This document shows, in pieces, positions 27,900-41,917 of a DNA stretch of 64,000 nucleotides. A program made the translations under genes and the position numbers. This DNA is from Azolla caroliniana (taxonomy: Eukaryota > Plantae > Polypodiophyta): the NCBI GenBank assembly GCA_043228905.1, contig JBHGNT010000014.1:14880001-14944000 (forward strand). Direction: 5' to 3'. The notes under the pieces were generated by a model that saw nothing but the letters and a program-made list of their open reading frames with translations, made no database searches and was not told the origin of the DNA. The stretch's first letter is position 1, and each line of letters starts with the position of its first letter.

Positions 27900-28720
27900 G
27901 GATGTCCACTATCGGACACTCATTTCTTGTGGAACCCATGATGTTGATCTCTCATAAAGGTAAGAATGTGGTACAAGTTGAATGTTTCTCAAACTTGAAT
28001 ATATGTATTCACCCTAGTTATTCCCCTCGATGTGCTCCTTGTGAGGCTCTCCATAGACCAACGTGCTCATTCTCTCGTGGGGAACCTATGGAGTCCTTTG
28101 TTCATGAAGGCGCATGTGTTGAATGCACCACTCATAAGGAGGAAGCCTACTTAAATGACTACCAATTTGACCATTTACACCAATTTAACCATGCCAATTA
28201 CACACAAAGATATAATAGAAGATATATAGATATTAGCAACTTTTTGCCATCAAAGTTTTGTTACAAGTGTGTGTCCTTTGGGCAACATTTGTACAAGTTT
28301 TAGGAAGCCACTATCCTCTTGTTCAACTTTAACTACAAATTTGTTGGTTGCATGACCAACATTCACTATCATCCTATGGAAGGTTATCAAATGCATATAA
28401 ATTGGTTGAAGGGTTGAGATTCCTTAAGGTGGGTGTTGATCACATGGCTTTACATGACAGTATGTTCATACATACTAGAATCATGGATCGAGGCATACAA
28501 AATGACCTCTATACCATAATGCTTTGATTAAGTTTTACGTTGAATATGGAAAATAGAGGATGCTTGGTCATTGTAAATGTGGGGGTATATTGGATGCATG
28601 TGATGGATGACCCAATGGTGGTATCTGGATATGTTGAATATGAACATGATGAGGAAGATTGATTTGGTTTGAACGTATGCAAATTCATGGCATGTTTCAA
28701 CTATTGAGGAAGTGTTCAAT
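27900..28720 (+). mobile_element. Possible highly degenerate LTR retrotransposon gag/protease remnant
   Basis: CYKCVSFGQHLYKF resembles a decayed zinc knuckle; GVDHMALHDSMF resembles copia protease GAxxHM...F. Confidence 0.3.
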
Positions 28721-30326
28721 CAAGTCTATCAAAAGAAGGATTCATGGCTAGCTATTGTCTTACACAAGAAGGGTTGGGGAAAGATAATCATCTCCTTTCC
28801 ATCATTTTGTATTTTGTAGCTGATATTAAAGTGCATTTACTTTTCATGTTTTTATATCTTTGTACCATTCCATACCCTCAAGAAAACTAGCAAAGAAGAC
28901 AAATGGAGAATTCCTTCTATTTGAGTAGAATGTGTTTCCTAGGTTCCAAACAAGTAATTCCTAAGACAATAATGTATGCATAAATGCAAAAGCTTCGATG
29001 AAAATGGAATCTTATATGGATGACGTGTGTGAGTAGGAAGAAAACATTCAAAAGCAGATGGAGTTTTTTACTCAAGAATAATGCATCAAAGATAGATCTT
29101 AAACCTTATATACACAAGGCAATTAACAATTAAACAATGTATTTGTAAACGTTTGGAATGCAATAGAAATATATGCTATGTAGAAATGATGTCATATACA
29201 CGAGGGAGTAAACAATCAGACAAGTGTACTTGTAAACGTTTCAAATGGCAAAAAAAAAATGTTATGCAAACACAACGTCAAATAAGCAATGGACAACAAT
29301 GGACAAAAGAAGCATCCAATGAGGAAATTGAGTGCTAGTAAAAAATATAAAGACAGGTATATATATATATATATATAGCATTGTAGGAAGAAAGGAACAA
29401 CAAAGATACATTTTAACACAATGTATTAGAGATTAAAGGATGTAGACAAAATGAAAGCGAGATAATATTGGTAACAAAAAGAAAATTCTTATTTTTCACA
29501 TTGATTCCATCCGGCATCATGCACATATTTGCTTTAATTTTAAAAGTGAATATTAAATTTACATATTCTAGAATCTAGAGCTCAAGTGGAACATTGTGTA
29601 GCTTTGAAATATATGAAAAATAATGCACAATTCTTTGCAAAAGAAGAGAAAATGTTAGATTGGGCGGATGTCAATTTCACAAAACTACATTTGGCCATGG
29701 TTAAACCATGTGATTGGGGAGGGAGGGGGTTACTGGTAAAGTTTTATTCATCAAGCATTGATACGGGGGCATTTGCAAGCATGAACCTTATCTATCTTCA
29801 CCTGAATTATTTAAGTAGTTAAAGTCTCGATACAACACGTCAAGTAAATCCTTCTCCTCAAGTTGGGTTGCTTGAGGAGGAAGATCCCAATGTGATGATC
29901 AAGTTACATCATGGATTATACTCGATGATGATATAGTTTGATGACTTGGATGTTGGGTTTTCATCTACAAGGGCCTTGCTCCACTTGTAATTGTTCGAAG
30001 CATGCAAATTTCTTGAGTCTGAGAGAACTCGTGCTATGACGACATGCATGACAGAAAGAGACCTCGGAGAAGTCGAGCCAAAAAGCGCGCAAGCAATTCA
30101 CAAAGGAAGGGAGATATGAGCCACAACATTACCTTTATCGTCAAAACAGGTTGCCGCGAATGTCATTTGTCAGTTTCGCAAGTGTATTCACGGCCATGTC
30201 AGCTTCAGAGGTATGCAGGTGTGTCTAAGCGAGCGGTTGAGTATGGGCATGATGTGGTAGCGCTTTGGTGGGTTCGTGGATCGTGAGAGCTGAGGAAGCA
30301 AGGAGAGGGGCACAAACAAACAAACA

Positions 30327-30630
30327 GTGAGGTTTTTTTCTCCATAGTGAAAAAATGTTTGTTCATTATTTCTCTTGTTTTAGATTATGTACATAAATAA
30401 ACTATATATATGTATATTATTGAGGTTTTTTTCTCCATAGTGAAAAAATGCTTGTTCATTATTTCTCTTGTTTTGGATTATGTACATAAATAGACTATAT
30501 ATATGTATATTATGCATTTAAAATGCAGAACAGAGTAGTACATATGTATGTATCACACATAATGTACTCTGTTTTGCATTTTAAATGCATAATATATATA
30601 TACATAATACATATAGTCTATTTATATATA
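30327..30630. repeat. ~95 bp tandem duplication followed by an AT-rich inverted repeat, upstream of ALY
   Basis: TGAGGTTTTTTTCTCCATAGTG.. at 30328 and 30421; arms TATTATGCATTTAAAATGCAGAACAGAGTA / TACTCTGTTTTGCATTTTAAATGCATAATA. Confidence 0.85.
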
Positions 30631-30806
30631 CATACATAATGCAGAACAGAGTATCTAAATATCACATTTATTTGTTTTTATTATTGCTTCTCCTCCAAAC
30701 ACACAGAAACAGAGGAGCCTCTCTCTCTTTCTCTTTCTCTTTCTCTTTCTCACTCACTTACTTGCCCTTCACATCCTCTCTCTAGAATCACATCCTCTCT
30801 CTAGCC

Positions 30807-33800
30807 ATGGCCAGCTCTCTCGACATGAGCCTCGACGACCTGATCAAGAACAGCAAAGCAACTTCTGCTCGTGGAAACGGGAACGGGAATCAGAGTGGAA
30901 GAGGTAGGGGCAGAGGCGCAGCTCGCCGAGGTAGAGGAAGGAACTACGACAGCAGAAATGGTAACAACAATAGCAGCTATAGTAGCAATAACAACAATAA
31001 CAGTAACAATGGTGGCTCTTCTGGTCCGATTCGAAGAAACTCTGCACGATCTGCTCCTCTCCCTACTCCTTACTCCAAGGTAAGTGCTCGTTTATGCTTC
31101 TTCTTTTTAGTTTGCTGTAGAATTTCCGGGGTTTCAGTATCAATAGCTCTTTGTGCGGTGTATTAGACTGCAGCAGTAAACAAGATTTTATTTTTTCGAA
31201 ACTGAAAATTTTTGAGGTCTGGATTTCGAGTTCTGTACCTTCGATCGAAGGTTCCTTTCTGAACATGAAAATATTAAGTGCTTTTCGGATTTAGATCACC
31301 GTAAGAAAGGGAACCTCATTTGGACACGAAAATGTTAAGGTTTCGTCTTCATTAGATCTCAGTATAAAATGGGACGTCTGTTGAACATGAAAATTTGAAA
31401 GAAAAGACGGGTATTTTGAGTTTTTGAGGATTTTTGGTTTGGGATTACCTTTCAATCTTATGTTATCTGTTATTTTTCTGTTTCTAGCGGATTTTTAATT
31501 TTTTAAGTGTAATATCAGAGTAAAGCGTGTCCTTGTTGTGCGTGAAATGATTAAAGTATTTTGTTTGGACTTGCCTTAGAAATAAACTTATGTAATGCAT
31601 ATTTTAGGTTTAGGAGATCTATCGAACTTCAAATCTCAAAACTTTTGGGTTGGAAATTGCCTTTAAATTTTATGTACTGTAATTTTACTTAATGTTTTAG
31701 AATTCCCTCTCAACTCTGAACAGTCCAGTGTTCGTATAAACCTGTTAAATCATCATTAAATGTGCTCATTGTAACTGGGTCTGATTTAGATTTTCTCTAT
31801 TTCTAGGAAATTCTGTTGTGTAAGAGTGTTAAATCATCAGTTATATAGAAAATGGGCCTTTTGAGTGTGGAAATTTTAAGTGGTTTGATTTGGGATTTCC
31901 ATTCATCTTTGAACAGTTGCAAGGCGCAGAGGTCACTGTATCTTTCTTGTGCTTGTTCCAACTTTGACATTAATGTTCCCCACCACATATCTTTGATCTA
32001 ATTCTTTGTGTAAGAAAATATAAGGTGACTACTGTGTGGCTGAGAAAATAATGAGTTTCAGTCAGTTTACTAGGTTCATTCTGTGTTAGGTGGGTAATAA
32101 ACCCGCATTGGAATATGAAAATCTGATGCTTTTTGTCGTGTTGATGCCTTCTAACATTGTACAGTCACATAAAACAGTGATTACACTGTTGTGCTTGTGT
32201 TTATTGTGACTTGGTTCGCATTGTTGCTCGCAGCATGTATCTTGGGGTGTTTGTGCTTGGGAATTAATCTGGCTTGCTTTCTTTTTATGCCTGAGATTAT
32301 AAGAATTTATGGAATGGTCTGGATTTACAGAAATTTAGTAGACAATTTATATGTATGTTAGGTGGTAGCAAACCTGCACTTGAATGTGACCTTTTTGTCT
32401 TCCTGATTGCCTTCTAACATTGTAGAGTCACATAAAACAGTGATTACACTCTCATGCTTGTGTTCATTGTGACTTGGTTCACTTTGTTCTTCACAGCATC
32501 TGTCTTGGGGTGTTTGTGCTTGGGAAATGATTTAGCTGTATTTCTTTTTTATGCCTGAGATTATAGGAAATCATAGAAAAGGCCTTGAATTTATAGAAAT
32601 TTAGTAGACAATTTATATGTGCGTGTCTGTTAGATTTTGTCTTCTTTATATAAGTTTCCATTTGGGAAGCTCAAAAGTTCAACTAGTATTTTAGTGCATG
32701 AGGGCACATTTTTGCTGACCCCTGCTCGATGTGCCATTGCATTTGGGCTTCGTATAATTTGGTTTTAGTACTTAATATGCAGGAATTTATTGCACCACAT
32801 CTTTCGTTGTAGATGATTTAAAGCAAAGTTCAGTTTTTTTTGGTCTCACCGTTTCTCTATGTGCAGCCTATTCCGAGAAATCCTGATGGTCAATGGGACC
32901 ATGATATGTTTGAAGAAGATGCTGGAGCTTCTCTTAAGCCAAATACAGGAATTGAAACAGGCACCAAACTCTTTATATCTAATTTGGATTTTGGGGTATC
33001 AAATGAAGACATAAAGGTAGCTGTCTTTATTGCCACAAAGATATTACAGTTTATTTTATTTTCAAGCCATATGATTTGCGTTTGGATTTTCCAATTTCTT
33101 ATCATTCATCTTAAGAAATATGATCTATCTTTACAGGAACTCTTTTCAGAAATTGGTGACCTTAAACGATGCACAGTGCATTATGACAGAAGTGGGAGAT
33201 CAAAGGTGGCATTCGATACCTTGTATTCTCATCAAATCTTGAATTTTAATTTTTAAAATGAACTATACCATACATATAATTTTGAAGGGAACTGCGGAGG
33301 TAGTGTTTTCAAGAAGAGCGGATGCTGTGACTGCTACAAAAAGATATAATAATGTACAGCTAGATGGCAATCCCATGAAGATTGAGATAATTGGTACAAA
33401 CCTCCAAACTCCTGTTACTTCAAACAAGGTTTCAAATGAACCTCCTTCGGCAGGAAAGTTTGGAGCAGGGCCAGTGGAGATGTAAGCTTCATTTCAATTT
33501 ATGTTATTTAAACCTTATTGTTGGGGTATATGAATGATCCGCAAAAAGCTATGGTTACTGTTACATGAGTGGTTTGTGCAAAATTTATGCATCTTAAATG
33601 TGTATGATTTTTGGAAATTAGTCAATTGCATTTTGACCAGATTATACAGGAAACTTATTTGTGCTCCAAAAGGTCTCAAAATTTTATTTTTCTTTGAAAA
33701 TGCCAAAAATCAAGTTCATCCTTCATTGTTTTAAGGAAAATGGAATGACATTCAAACAAAGCATTTATATTCAAGGAAGTAGTTGAATGACATTCCCTAT

Positions 33801-34130
33801 ATTACAAGTCATAGAAACTTAGTTTCATAGTTCTCTTATGTGCTTGGTGCTGACATAAAAATACTGACAAGGTTAACATAACCTATGTGAACAAGCAACA
33901 AGCAGGTGAAACATTTAACTTGATACAGATAGAGAAAGATGTGTTCATGTTTTGTATAGGAAGTTCATCCTACAAATTTTATTTTCAGGTCTTCTCGTGG
34001 ACGTGGTGGGTCTTACAGGAAAGGTCGAGGGAGGGGCCGTGGACGAGGATCAGAAAAATTTGAGAAATCTGCAGCAGATCTGGATGCAGAATTAGAAGAT
34101 TACCATGCGGAAGCTATGCAAGTCTCTTGA
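30807..34130 (+). CDS. ALY: THO complex subunit 4 / ALY mRNA export adaptor, 5 exons: 30807-31079, 32867-33016, 33137-33205, 33288-33481, 33989-34130
   Basis: N-terminal LDMSLDDLIK; RG-rich region; WDHDMF; RRM GTKLFISNLDFGVSNEDIKELFSEIG..VHYDRSGRSKGTAEVVF..YNNVQLDG; C-terminal KSAADLDAELEDYH. Confidence 0.96.
32082..32620. repeat. ~270 bp tandem duplication in ALY intron 1
   Basis: GCCTTCTAACATTGTA.AGTCACATAAAACAGTGATTACAC and ATGCCTGAGATTATA..GAAATTTAGTAGACAATTTATATGT each occur twice. Confidence 0.9.
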
Positions 34131-34892
34131 GTACAGGCCATGTAAGCAAAAATATTTGTTTGCGAGGCTGTAATAATGCATGAGCATTTGTTCTTTCCCC
34201 TATGGAGTGCAGGGTTTTCAAGTCAGTGTGAAGGTTTTTAACAATCGATAATTTGGTTTTCCAAGGGCAGACCTGCTATTGTCAGATTCAAAGGCGCTCT
34301 TTATTCTTTACATTACCAGGACTTAGTTTTAGTGATGGATCTGCATTTGAGCAGTGTGTTTTTGTCCTTGAACCATATTTTATGCCCTCCGTCATTGAAT
34401 GTCCCAATTCAAGAGTATATTTGGTTTTGCGCTGTTGTGCAATTATTGAGCTGTTGCTTGGTGGTGGGCTCCTGTTACACACATGTATGAGAAGTCATGG
34501 CAAACAATCTGATTTATCGCTTGTGATTTATGCAGAGTAAACATTGCTAACTTCATGCATTCTTCTTGTGTTCATTGACAAACATGTAGAACTAAGATTG
34601 CTATTTCTGAGATTGGGCGCACTCTTGTATAGCCTCATCGAAGGAATGTCTTCCAATTTCTTTGCTTTCCTAGCTTGTAATGTTAATAGAGACATCGATT
34701 GATTTCATTTTTTTTTGTGAGTACTACAGCATTTTTCAATAGCTACAAAAATAATATTGATCCATACATTCTTCTGGTTCAGCCATTTTGGGAATTTCTA
34801 TAAATAATAATTTTTTCTAAACCTGTTTTATCTTAAAACATCTTGTGATTAAGTAAATCTGTCATTATTATAAGTTTGTGCATAAATGTAGA

Positions 34893-35740
34893 CATAGATT
34901 GAGCCATGCGTGATATTCTTGAGATTCGACATCCGTAATATTCGTGGTATTCGAGAATAGAAAATGGCCCTAAGAATATTATAAAACCATTCGTTTACAT
35001 ATACATATACACACATACATACATACACATACATATATACACACATACACAAACATATATATACATATATACACACATACATAGATACATATACACACAC
35101 ATACATATATGTGTACACAGACATACATCAATAATTAATTAACTCATTAATATAATGATTAATTTACTATTAACTAATTAATTCACTTAAACATTAATTG
35201 ATTCACTAATACATTAATTAATTTACAAATACATATCTTAATTCATTAACATATTAATTAATTCATTGGAAAATATTAGTTAATTAATTAATAATCAATT
35301 AATGCATTAATAATTAATTAATTAGGGCTTTGGCAAAACTTAGGGTTTCAGTGAAACTCTGAATTTGTAGCAGACAACAGGATGTAGGATTAGGTAGAGC
35401 ATGAGAGGGAGTCGATGATGCAGGCCGAAAAGAAGAAATTTTGTCGAAATTAGGATTATGACAGAAATTAGGGTTTTCTGTCGAAACCCTAATTTCTGGC
35501 CGAGAACAGGATATAGAGGGAAGCGAGGGTGTAAGTAGCACGCAGAGGGAGTAGGGTGAGGCTTCTTTGCTTCCTGTTGGCCACTGTTCACTCGCTCGTA
35601 AATAAAACACATTTTTATTTATTTATTTATTTATTTATTTTCAAAAAAAAGAAGAAAACGAATATATTTACGTGTATTCGTATTCCTATTCGTATGGATT
35701 CGTGGGGCAGGCCCCACGAATGCGAATATTTCAATCTATG
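34893..35740. mobile_element. Non-autonomous hAT element / MITE
   Basis: TIR CATAGATTGA...TCAATCTATG; perfect 8-bp TSD AATGTAGA (34885-34892, 35741-35748); subterminal ATTCG motifs. Confidence 0.9.
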
Positions 35741-38461
35741 AATGTAGATATCAAACTTATTGCTTATGTAGATAAAACATAACATGTAGAATGGTATAAG
35801 TAATAGTATAGGATAAATTTGTTTGTAATTATTATCTTTGATTTAAGCAAATGTCATAGAATATGAATTTTGAACTCATTACGTGTATAGATAATGCAAG
35901 CTTGAGATCATGCAAACTTAGAGTTGTAGTTGGCTTTTGGAAAATACTCAGGAATTAGAAATGCCTTACGACTTTAGTTTGGGATCATGCACACTTAGAG
36001 GTTTATGTTAGGAAAGTGCAAAAACTAGAAGTTGATATTAAGGAGAGAAATATCATTGAAATTAGAAATGGGTAGGATAGTGTTCAGTTACTTATATTAA
36101 GTATACTTGATATTATGAAATGCATATAAAGAGAATCAAACTACCTTGCTTAACTTCTTACTTTTTGCTCAATTTATAGTAGGTACAAAGGTACCCATTT
36201 GGGTTGGCTTAGTTACATGTGTGCTAAAAGGGTGGCACAAAGGAACACATGTGCACCACAACATGAAGGCATGCACTTGCACCAAAGGGACACCACATTT
36301 CCCCCCTGAGAGAAACAAGGAGTTGTACATGGGGAAAGGACGAGTGCAAGAAGATGGGCTTGGGGTGGCATAGGGCTTGATGTTGGCAACATGGGTGGAG
36401 GTCAATCGGCCGTTGGAATTGTGTCGGAGCAAGTAATGGATTTAATGGTGCGAACTACTGTGAACGAGCCGATCCATCGGTGCATGAGAGATTCACTGAG
36501 ATTGCGCCGCCAGACCGGTAAATAAACAAGAACTTTGGTTCCATCAACATAAGTCAAAGTAATTCGATCCATGTCGTAGTGCCACTTCTAGCACTGTTGT
36601 GCGACTTGTAGGTTTCGGGAGCTGGCTTGTCGAAGGAGGGGGAGCATATGTTGGAGATAGAGCCCCCAAGTGGCACTATCCATGTTGGCAGGTTTGGAAT
36701 GGACGTCAATGGACGATTCTGGTGGGAGGCAAGGGTCGCGCCCATAGAGTGCTAAAAAAGGGTTGATCCGTGTTAATGCATGTACGGATGTATTGTAGGC
36801 GTGGGTGACGAAAGGCGAGATTTGATCCTAGGTTTTGTGGCATGGATCGATGTAAGTGGTAATCTCTTGCTTGAGGGTCTTATTGAGGTGTTTGGTGAGG
36901 CCATTTGTCTGCGGATGGTATGGGGACGTAAACACCTGCTGGACACCTAGTTGAGCTGCAACAACGTTGAGGACATCCCTGTGGAACTGGAAACTCTGAT
37001 AATATAATAGTTGGATGGGGCAACCATGCTGAAAATTACCTTGTGCAAAAGTTGGGAGGTGATGGTTGTCGTCAATGACGGCAACAGTTTCAGCCCATTG
37101 ACGTCACATCGGCTTCAGCCTATTTGGCGTGTTATTCAGTTATGACTAGGTATTTGGTTTTAGCCCCTAGGGTTTTGGGAACATGTCCCATGAAATCTCA
37201 CCCGATGAGCTCGAAAGGTGATGTGACGGTGATGGGCTTGCTTGCAGGTTTGATGTGTTGACACAAAGCACATGTTGGGCCAGTAATGCCTGAGGCGTAA
37301 CTTTTCGAGAACCTTGTGGAAACCCAAATGGCCCAACAATGGGTGGTCGTGATAAAATTAGAGGTATGTTTGTTGTAGGGCACAAGGGATATAAAGGCGA
37401 GGCTTGTGATGCGCTTGAATGAAGAACACCAAGTTATTGCGGAGCATGAACTGCCATTGTGAGGGAAATGGTTGGAGGGAGCGCAACTTATGGATTATAT
37501 CTTGGATGATGGCGGGGTTGTGTTGTTGAAGTGTAGCGAGTTGTGGCAGCGGCAACAAAAGGCCGGATGGCTCGAGGAGAAATTGGACAGCCTGGAAGTC
37601 AGCGTGCGAGAGACTATTAGTGACCAAATTGGTTACACCTTTCCAATAGGAGAGGGTGAATTGATAATCTTGGAGTGCCAACGTCCATCGCAACAAGCGG
37701 CTCGGGGGGTGAGGTTGATGGATAAGAGAAAACAAGGGTTGATGGTTAGTCTCAATTGTAACTTGTCCACCGTGAAGGAAGGTATGGATGAAAACGCTTG
37801 CAAGACTAAACAATCGCAAGTAGTTCCTTCTTTGTAGAACATGTTGTCGTGCCTTTCGGTGCTAGATCGTTGCGTGAGTTGGGTGGGAACCACTAGGGTT
37901 TTGGACTAGGAGGAGGAAGAATTTGAGACGAGTATAGTTATGAATAGATTGTAAGAAAGAGATATAGAAATTCGTGAATCCCACGAATATAGTTTTTTAG
38001 TTTTATTAATATTTAACCCTAATTATACTTTGGATTTGATTAGAATCGATAGGAATAGATTGGGAAAAGAGAGATCAAAAACCTCGTGAATCCCACGAGT
38101 ATTATATTAATCAATATTTAAACCCTAATAATCACCCCATTATTTATTTATTTATTTATTTTTCTCGCCCCTTATTACATTATGCTCCCCATCCTTATAT
38201 AGTGATGAGAGAGTCTTAACGATCTATGTTTTTTCTCTAACTATAGACTATATGCTTTCTCTAACATGCTTCTTCTAAAAGTGATCATGCTTTTTCTAAC
38301 CTCATGCGTTTTTATCGACTATAGTGTTCATGCACCGTAGATGTGCATGTGTAGCTTTTTTTCTATCATGCGTTTTTCTTCTGACTAAAGCTTTTTCCTA
38401 GAAAATATGCATAAAACAAACGGATTCTATGTGGAATATCTACTTTTTTACGACTCATGAT

Positions 38462-38525
38462 GTGTTAGTGTAGTGGTAAAGCTACAAATTATTAACATGG
38501 AGGGACAAGGTTTGAATCTTACCCT
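38462..38525 (+). other. tRNA-like (SINE-head-like) degenerate sequence
   Basis: A-box-like TAGTGTAGTGG and B-box-like GGTTTGAATC at tRNA-like spacing; no intact cloverleaf seen. Confidence 0.3.
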
Positions 38526-39037
38526 ATCCATGTAACATGTATTCTCATATTTTCTTTGTTTTCTTCATATTTATTAAATCGGGTATTTTATACGTTTTTT
38601 CATGTAGTGTACGAAATACATTACGACAACGTTCGCATTCACAAGTGGAAGGATCGCACACAAATGGAAGGATAAGGAATATTCTGTTTGATTTTGGGGC
38701 TTTTTTGGCCATTTCACAAAACACCTTGATACTAGTATCACATGATCTCGAAAACTTGATGAAAAAGCTAAAATTCTCACAATTTGGTAAAATTGAAAAA
38801 TGCCAAAATTTGGTCAAATACGAAAAGTAACTTTGTGTATTTTTAAGGAGAAATTACAACTAGTAGTATTTTAGAACCTAACGAAATCATAAGCAAAAGA
38901 TTTGAAAACAATCAACTTTTTTATTTCATTCTATAAAATGTTGTCTAAATTTGTTACATATCGTTGTAGAAAAAATACATTTAGGAGTTATTTGCATCAC
39001 TATCATCATTCCTTTCATGAGAATTACTACTATAGCT

Positions 39038-39614
39038 CATAGTACGTAAAATTTGTGTTCGTCTACTATATCATTCGTTTTCCTATGTTGGAAAACACAC
39101 GAATGATATTCAAATATTCGTGTGTTTGTTTTTCCCTTTTTTCCCTTTGTTTTTTGGTTTTTTACCTCTTTTCCCCCTTTTTCCTCTGCACATCAACGCT
39201 ACGCTCTGCTCTCCTCCCCTTTTCCCCCTTTTCCTTGAACAATCTACGGCTTGCATCGTGCACACTAGTCAATAGTGAGTCAGTGACCACATCTTCTCCC
39301 CGCCATTACTTTCTGTAATTTTTCACTAATTTCTGTAATTTCTATAATTTTGTTGTAATTTTTGTAATTTTTGTAATTTCTCTATAATTTCTGTAATTTT
39401 GTTGTAATTTCTGTTATTAAGAAGGATTTTTTTTTTTTTGCAATTTTTAAAAATGTTTATCAGAATATTCACCTTGAAAAAATATTTACCTTATAGTAAA
39501 TAATTTATCCAAAAAGTATGGTATTTATCATTCTTTGAGGGTGTTTACCCTTCTCGAATGATTGAATCATTCTCAAACACGAATGCACGAATGGTACGCA
39601 TGGTTCATACTATG
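39038..39614. mobile_element. hAT MITE nested in the CACTAC-ended element
   Basis: Ends CATAGTA...TACTATG; perfect 8-bp TSD CTATAGCT (39030-39037, 39615-39622); absent from the homologous copy at ~44250; terminus related to the element at 34893. Confidence 0.88.
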
Positions 39615-40106
39615 CTATAGCTAATATAAAATTGTGATTCTTCCTCATTTTCAAATGTACCAATCAAATCATTGTCTTCACCAAATGGTGTCTCCAAATT
39701 GTGTGTACTAAATCTTGTTCGCCTTCAATCTGAGATATCTTCTAGACTTGGTAATATCTCTTTCATTATGTCTATTGTTGTCGTCCTTAAACATCAAACT
39801 TTTGTTTGTGTAAAGTGATACACAATGATATCCACCTCACTAATGTCAATGATAGATGTATTACAAAGGTTTAATGCATTACCACGTCCAAAACTTTACC
39901 AATGCAGAATTAGTGCCCTAGGTCATGGCCATCTATATATCCCCACCTTGAGATCTTGCAAGTTTCCTTGTCACCTAAGTTATGCTCGTGTTGTCATCCT
40001 TAGTTCCACATAAATGTTTCTCTATTGTAGATGAACCAAACTATGAAAATCAACATTAAGTGCTTGAAGTGGTGATTAAGAACCTCGAGAATATTTTATA
40101 GACCAT

Positions 40107-41206
40107 GTAAATGGCATTTGCAAGGTTCAATTACCATCAACACAATTATTAATGGTTTTTTGTTAATCAACGAAGCACATGTTCACCATAAGGTATCTTG
40201 TTGTGCAAGATACTTCTTTGTAGTATCGATATGCATCTTTTTCTCTTGTAAAAACAGAGATTTTAGTACAATCCAAGCTCATGTTTAAAAAACCTCTTTT
40301 ATTTGAAAAAGAAGAAGATTTCTAAACATGAACTCAACACATTGTATCGAGTTGATGTAAAAAATAGAGTTTTCATGAAAATTCATGAATTTGATACATT
40401 GTATTGAATTGTGATGAAAACTTTGGTTTTTTCATCACTTCAAGCTCAAAATGTTTCTTTTTTTTAAAAAACAAAATAAACCTAAATAAATAAATAAACC
40501 AAAAACCAAAACTTCAAACATGAATTCGATACATTATTTCAAGTTTATGTCGAAAATTCAGATTTTCAACACGAACTCGATATTGTGTTTAAAAACAGAG
40601 TTTTCAACACGAACTCGATACATTCAACAATCAACTTTTCGACATGAACTCGATACATTGTATGGAGTTCATGTTTAAAGTTTTTTTGGGGTTTTTTAAA
40701 AAGAAAAATAGTTTTTTTTTATTTTTGGTTTTTTTTTGAATTTGTTTTTGAGCTTGAAGTGATGAAAAAACCAGAGTTTTCATCACAAGTCGATACAATG
40801 TATCGAATTCATGTTTAAAGTTTTTTTTTCAAAAAAATAAAATAAAAAATAAAATTGAAAAAAAAGAAAAAAAATTGAAAAAAGAAATAAATGTACTTTA
40901 AACATGAACTCGATACATTGCATTGAATTGTGATGAAAAATCTGTTTTTTACATAAACTCGATATAATATATCGAGTTCATGTTTAGAAATCTTCTTTTT
41001 TTTTTCAAATAAAAGAGGTTTAAGGTTTACATGAACTCGAATTGTACTAAAATCTCCGTTTTTACAAGAGTAAAAGATGCATATCGATGTTGTAAAGAAG
41101 TATGTTGCATAACAAGATACCTTATGGTGAACATGTGCTTCCTTGATTAACAAAAAACCATTAATAATTGTGTTGATGGTAATTGAACCTTGTAAATGCC
41201 GTTTAC
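40107..41206. repeat. Large imperfect inverted repeat (foldback, ~1.1 kb)
   Basis: 40107 GTAAATGGCATTTGCAAGGTTCAATTACCATCAACAC.. pairs with ..GTTGATGGTAATTGAACCTTGTAAATGCCGTTTAC 41206; inner part built of CATGAACTCGATACATTG motifs. Confidence 0.92.
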
Positions 41207-41917
41207 TTCACAAATTTTGTAGGGGAGTTCTCAAAATGAAGAAGAGGAGAGCATAGTGGATACCTTAATAACTATGTGATATGTTCAAATTGATATATTA
41301 ATGTTTACATCTAAGTTTGGCAGTTTTGATAGTTTCTGAATATCGTCTATATTTTAGGAGTTATGAATTTATCAAAATTGTTTATGAATATTGTATACAT
41401 TTCTTGAGTTGTGAATTTATGGATGTTAATGAGCACTAAATTTATAGATGATGGCATTAAAGATTACAATGTTAATGAGCACTAGACATTTTCAAGTCTA
41501 ATAATAGATGTAACTTCCACTTCTGGAACCTACATCTCCTAAAGATGGTGAAACCATTAATCTTAACTTGTGCCTTGAGTTAACCATTGTGATTTTCTTT
41601 AAGTTAACTATATTTCATATCTGCAGACTATCAATGTTTAAAAATTTATTGAAAAACTATTCAATTTTAGAAAATTCTTATTTTGAAACTTGTTAAATCT
41701 CAAAAAATTAGCAAATTTTACATGCTATTTAAAACATGTGATATTGGGTATCAAGTTTCTGAAAATTGCCTAAAATCGCAAGATTATAAAAGGAATCTAT
41801 AAGTGGAATGCGCGATCCTTTCACTTGTGAACGCGAACGTGTTGTAGTGTGGGCAATGTTGAGCTGATCGGCTTTGCGCTTTCCATGTTGAACCTCTGGA
41901 GCACCTTTGTCACGTAC

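Larger units (their letters stand above)
38619..41849 (-). mobile_element. Non-autonomous DNA transposon derivative with CACTAC-like TIRs and an internal 1.1 kb palindrome
   Basis: Left end CATTACGACAACGTTCGCATTCACAAGTGGAAGGATCGC; right end (reverse complement) CACTACAACACGTTCGCGTTCACAAGTGAAAGGATCGC; 38630-40260 is homologous to 43870-45050. Confidence 0.75.

Noticed and set aside
38462-38525. Functional tRNA gene
   Set aside because: Only A/B-box-like motifs; no acceptor or anticodon stems; lies in a TE nest.
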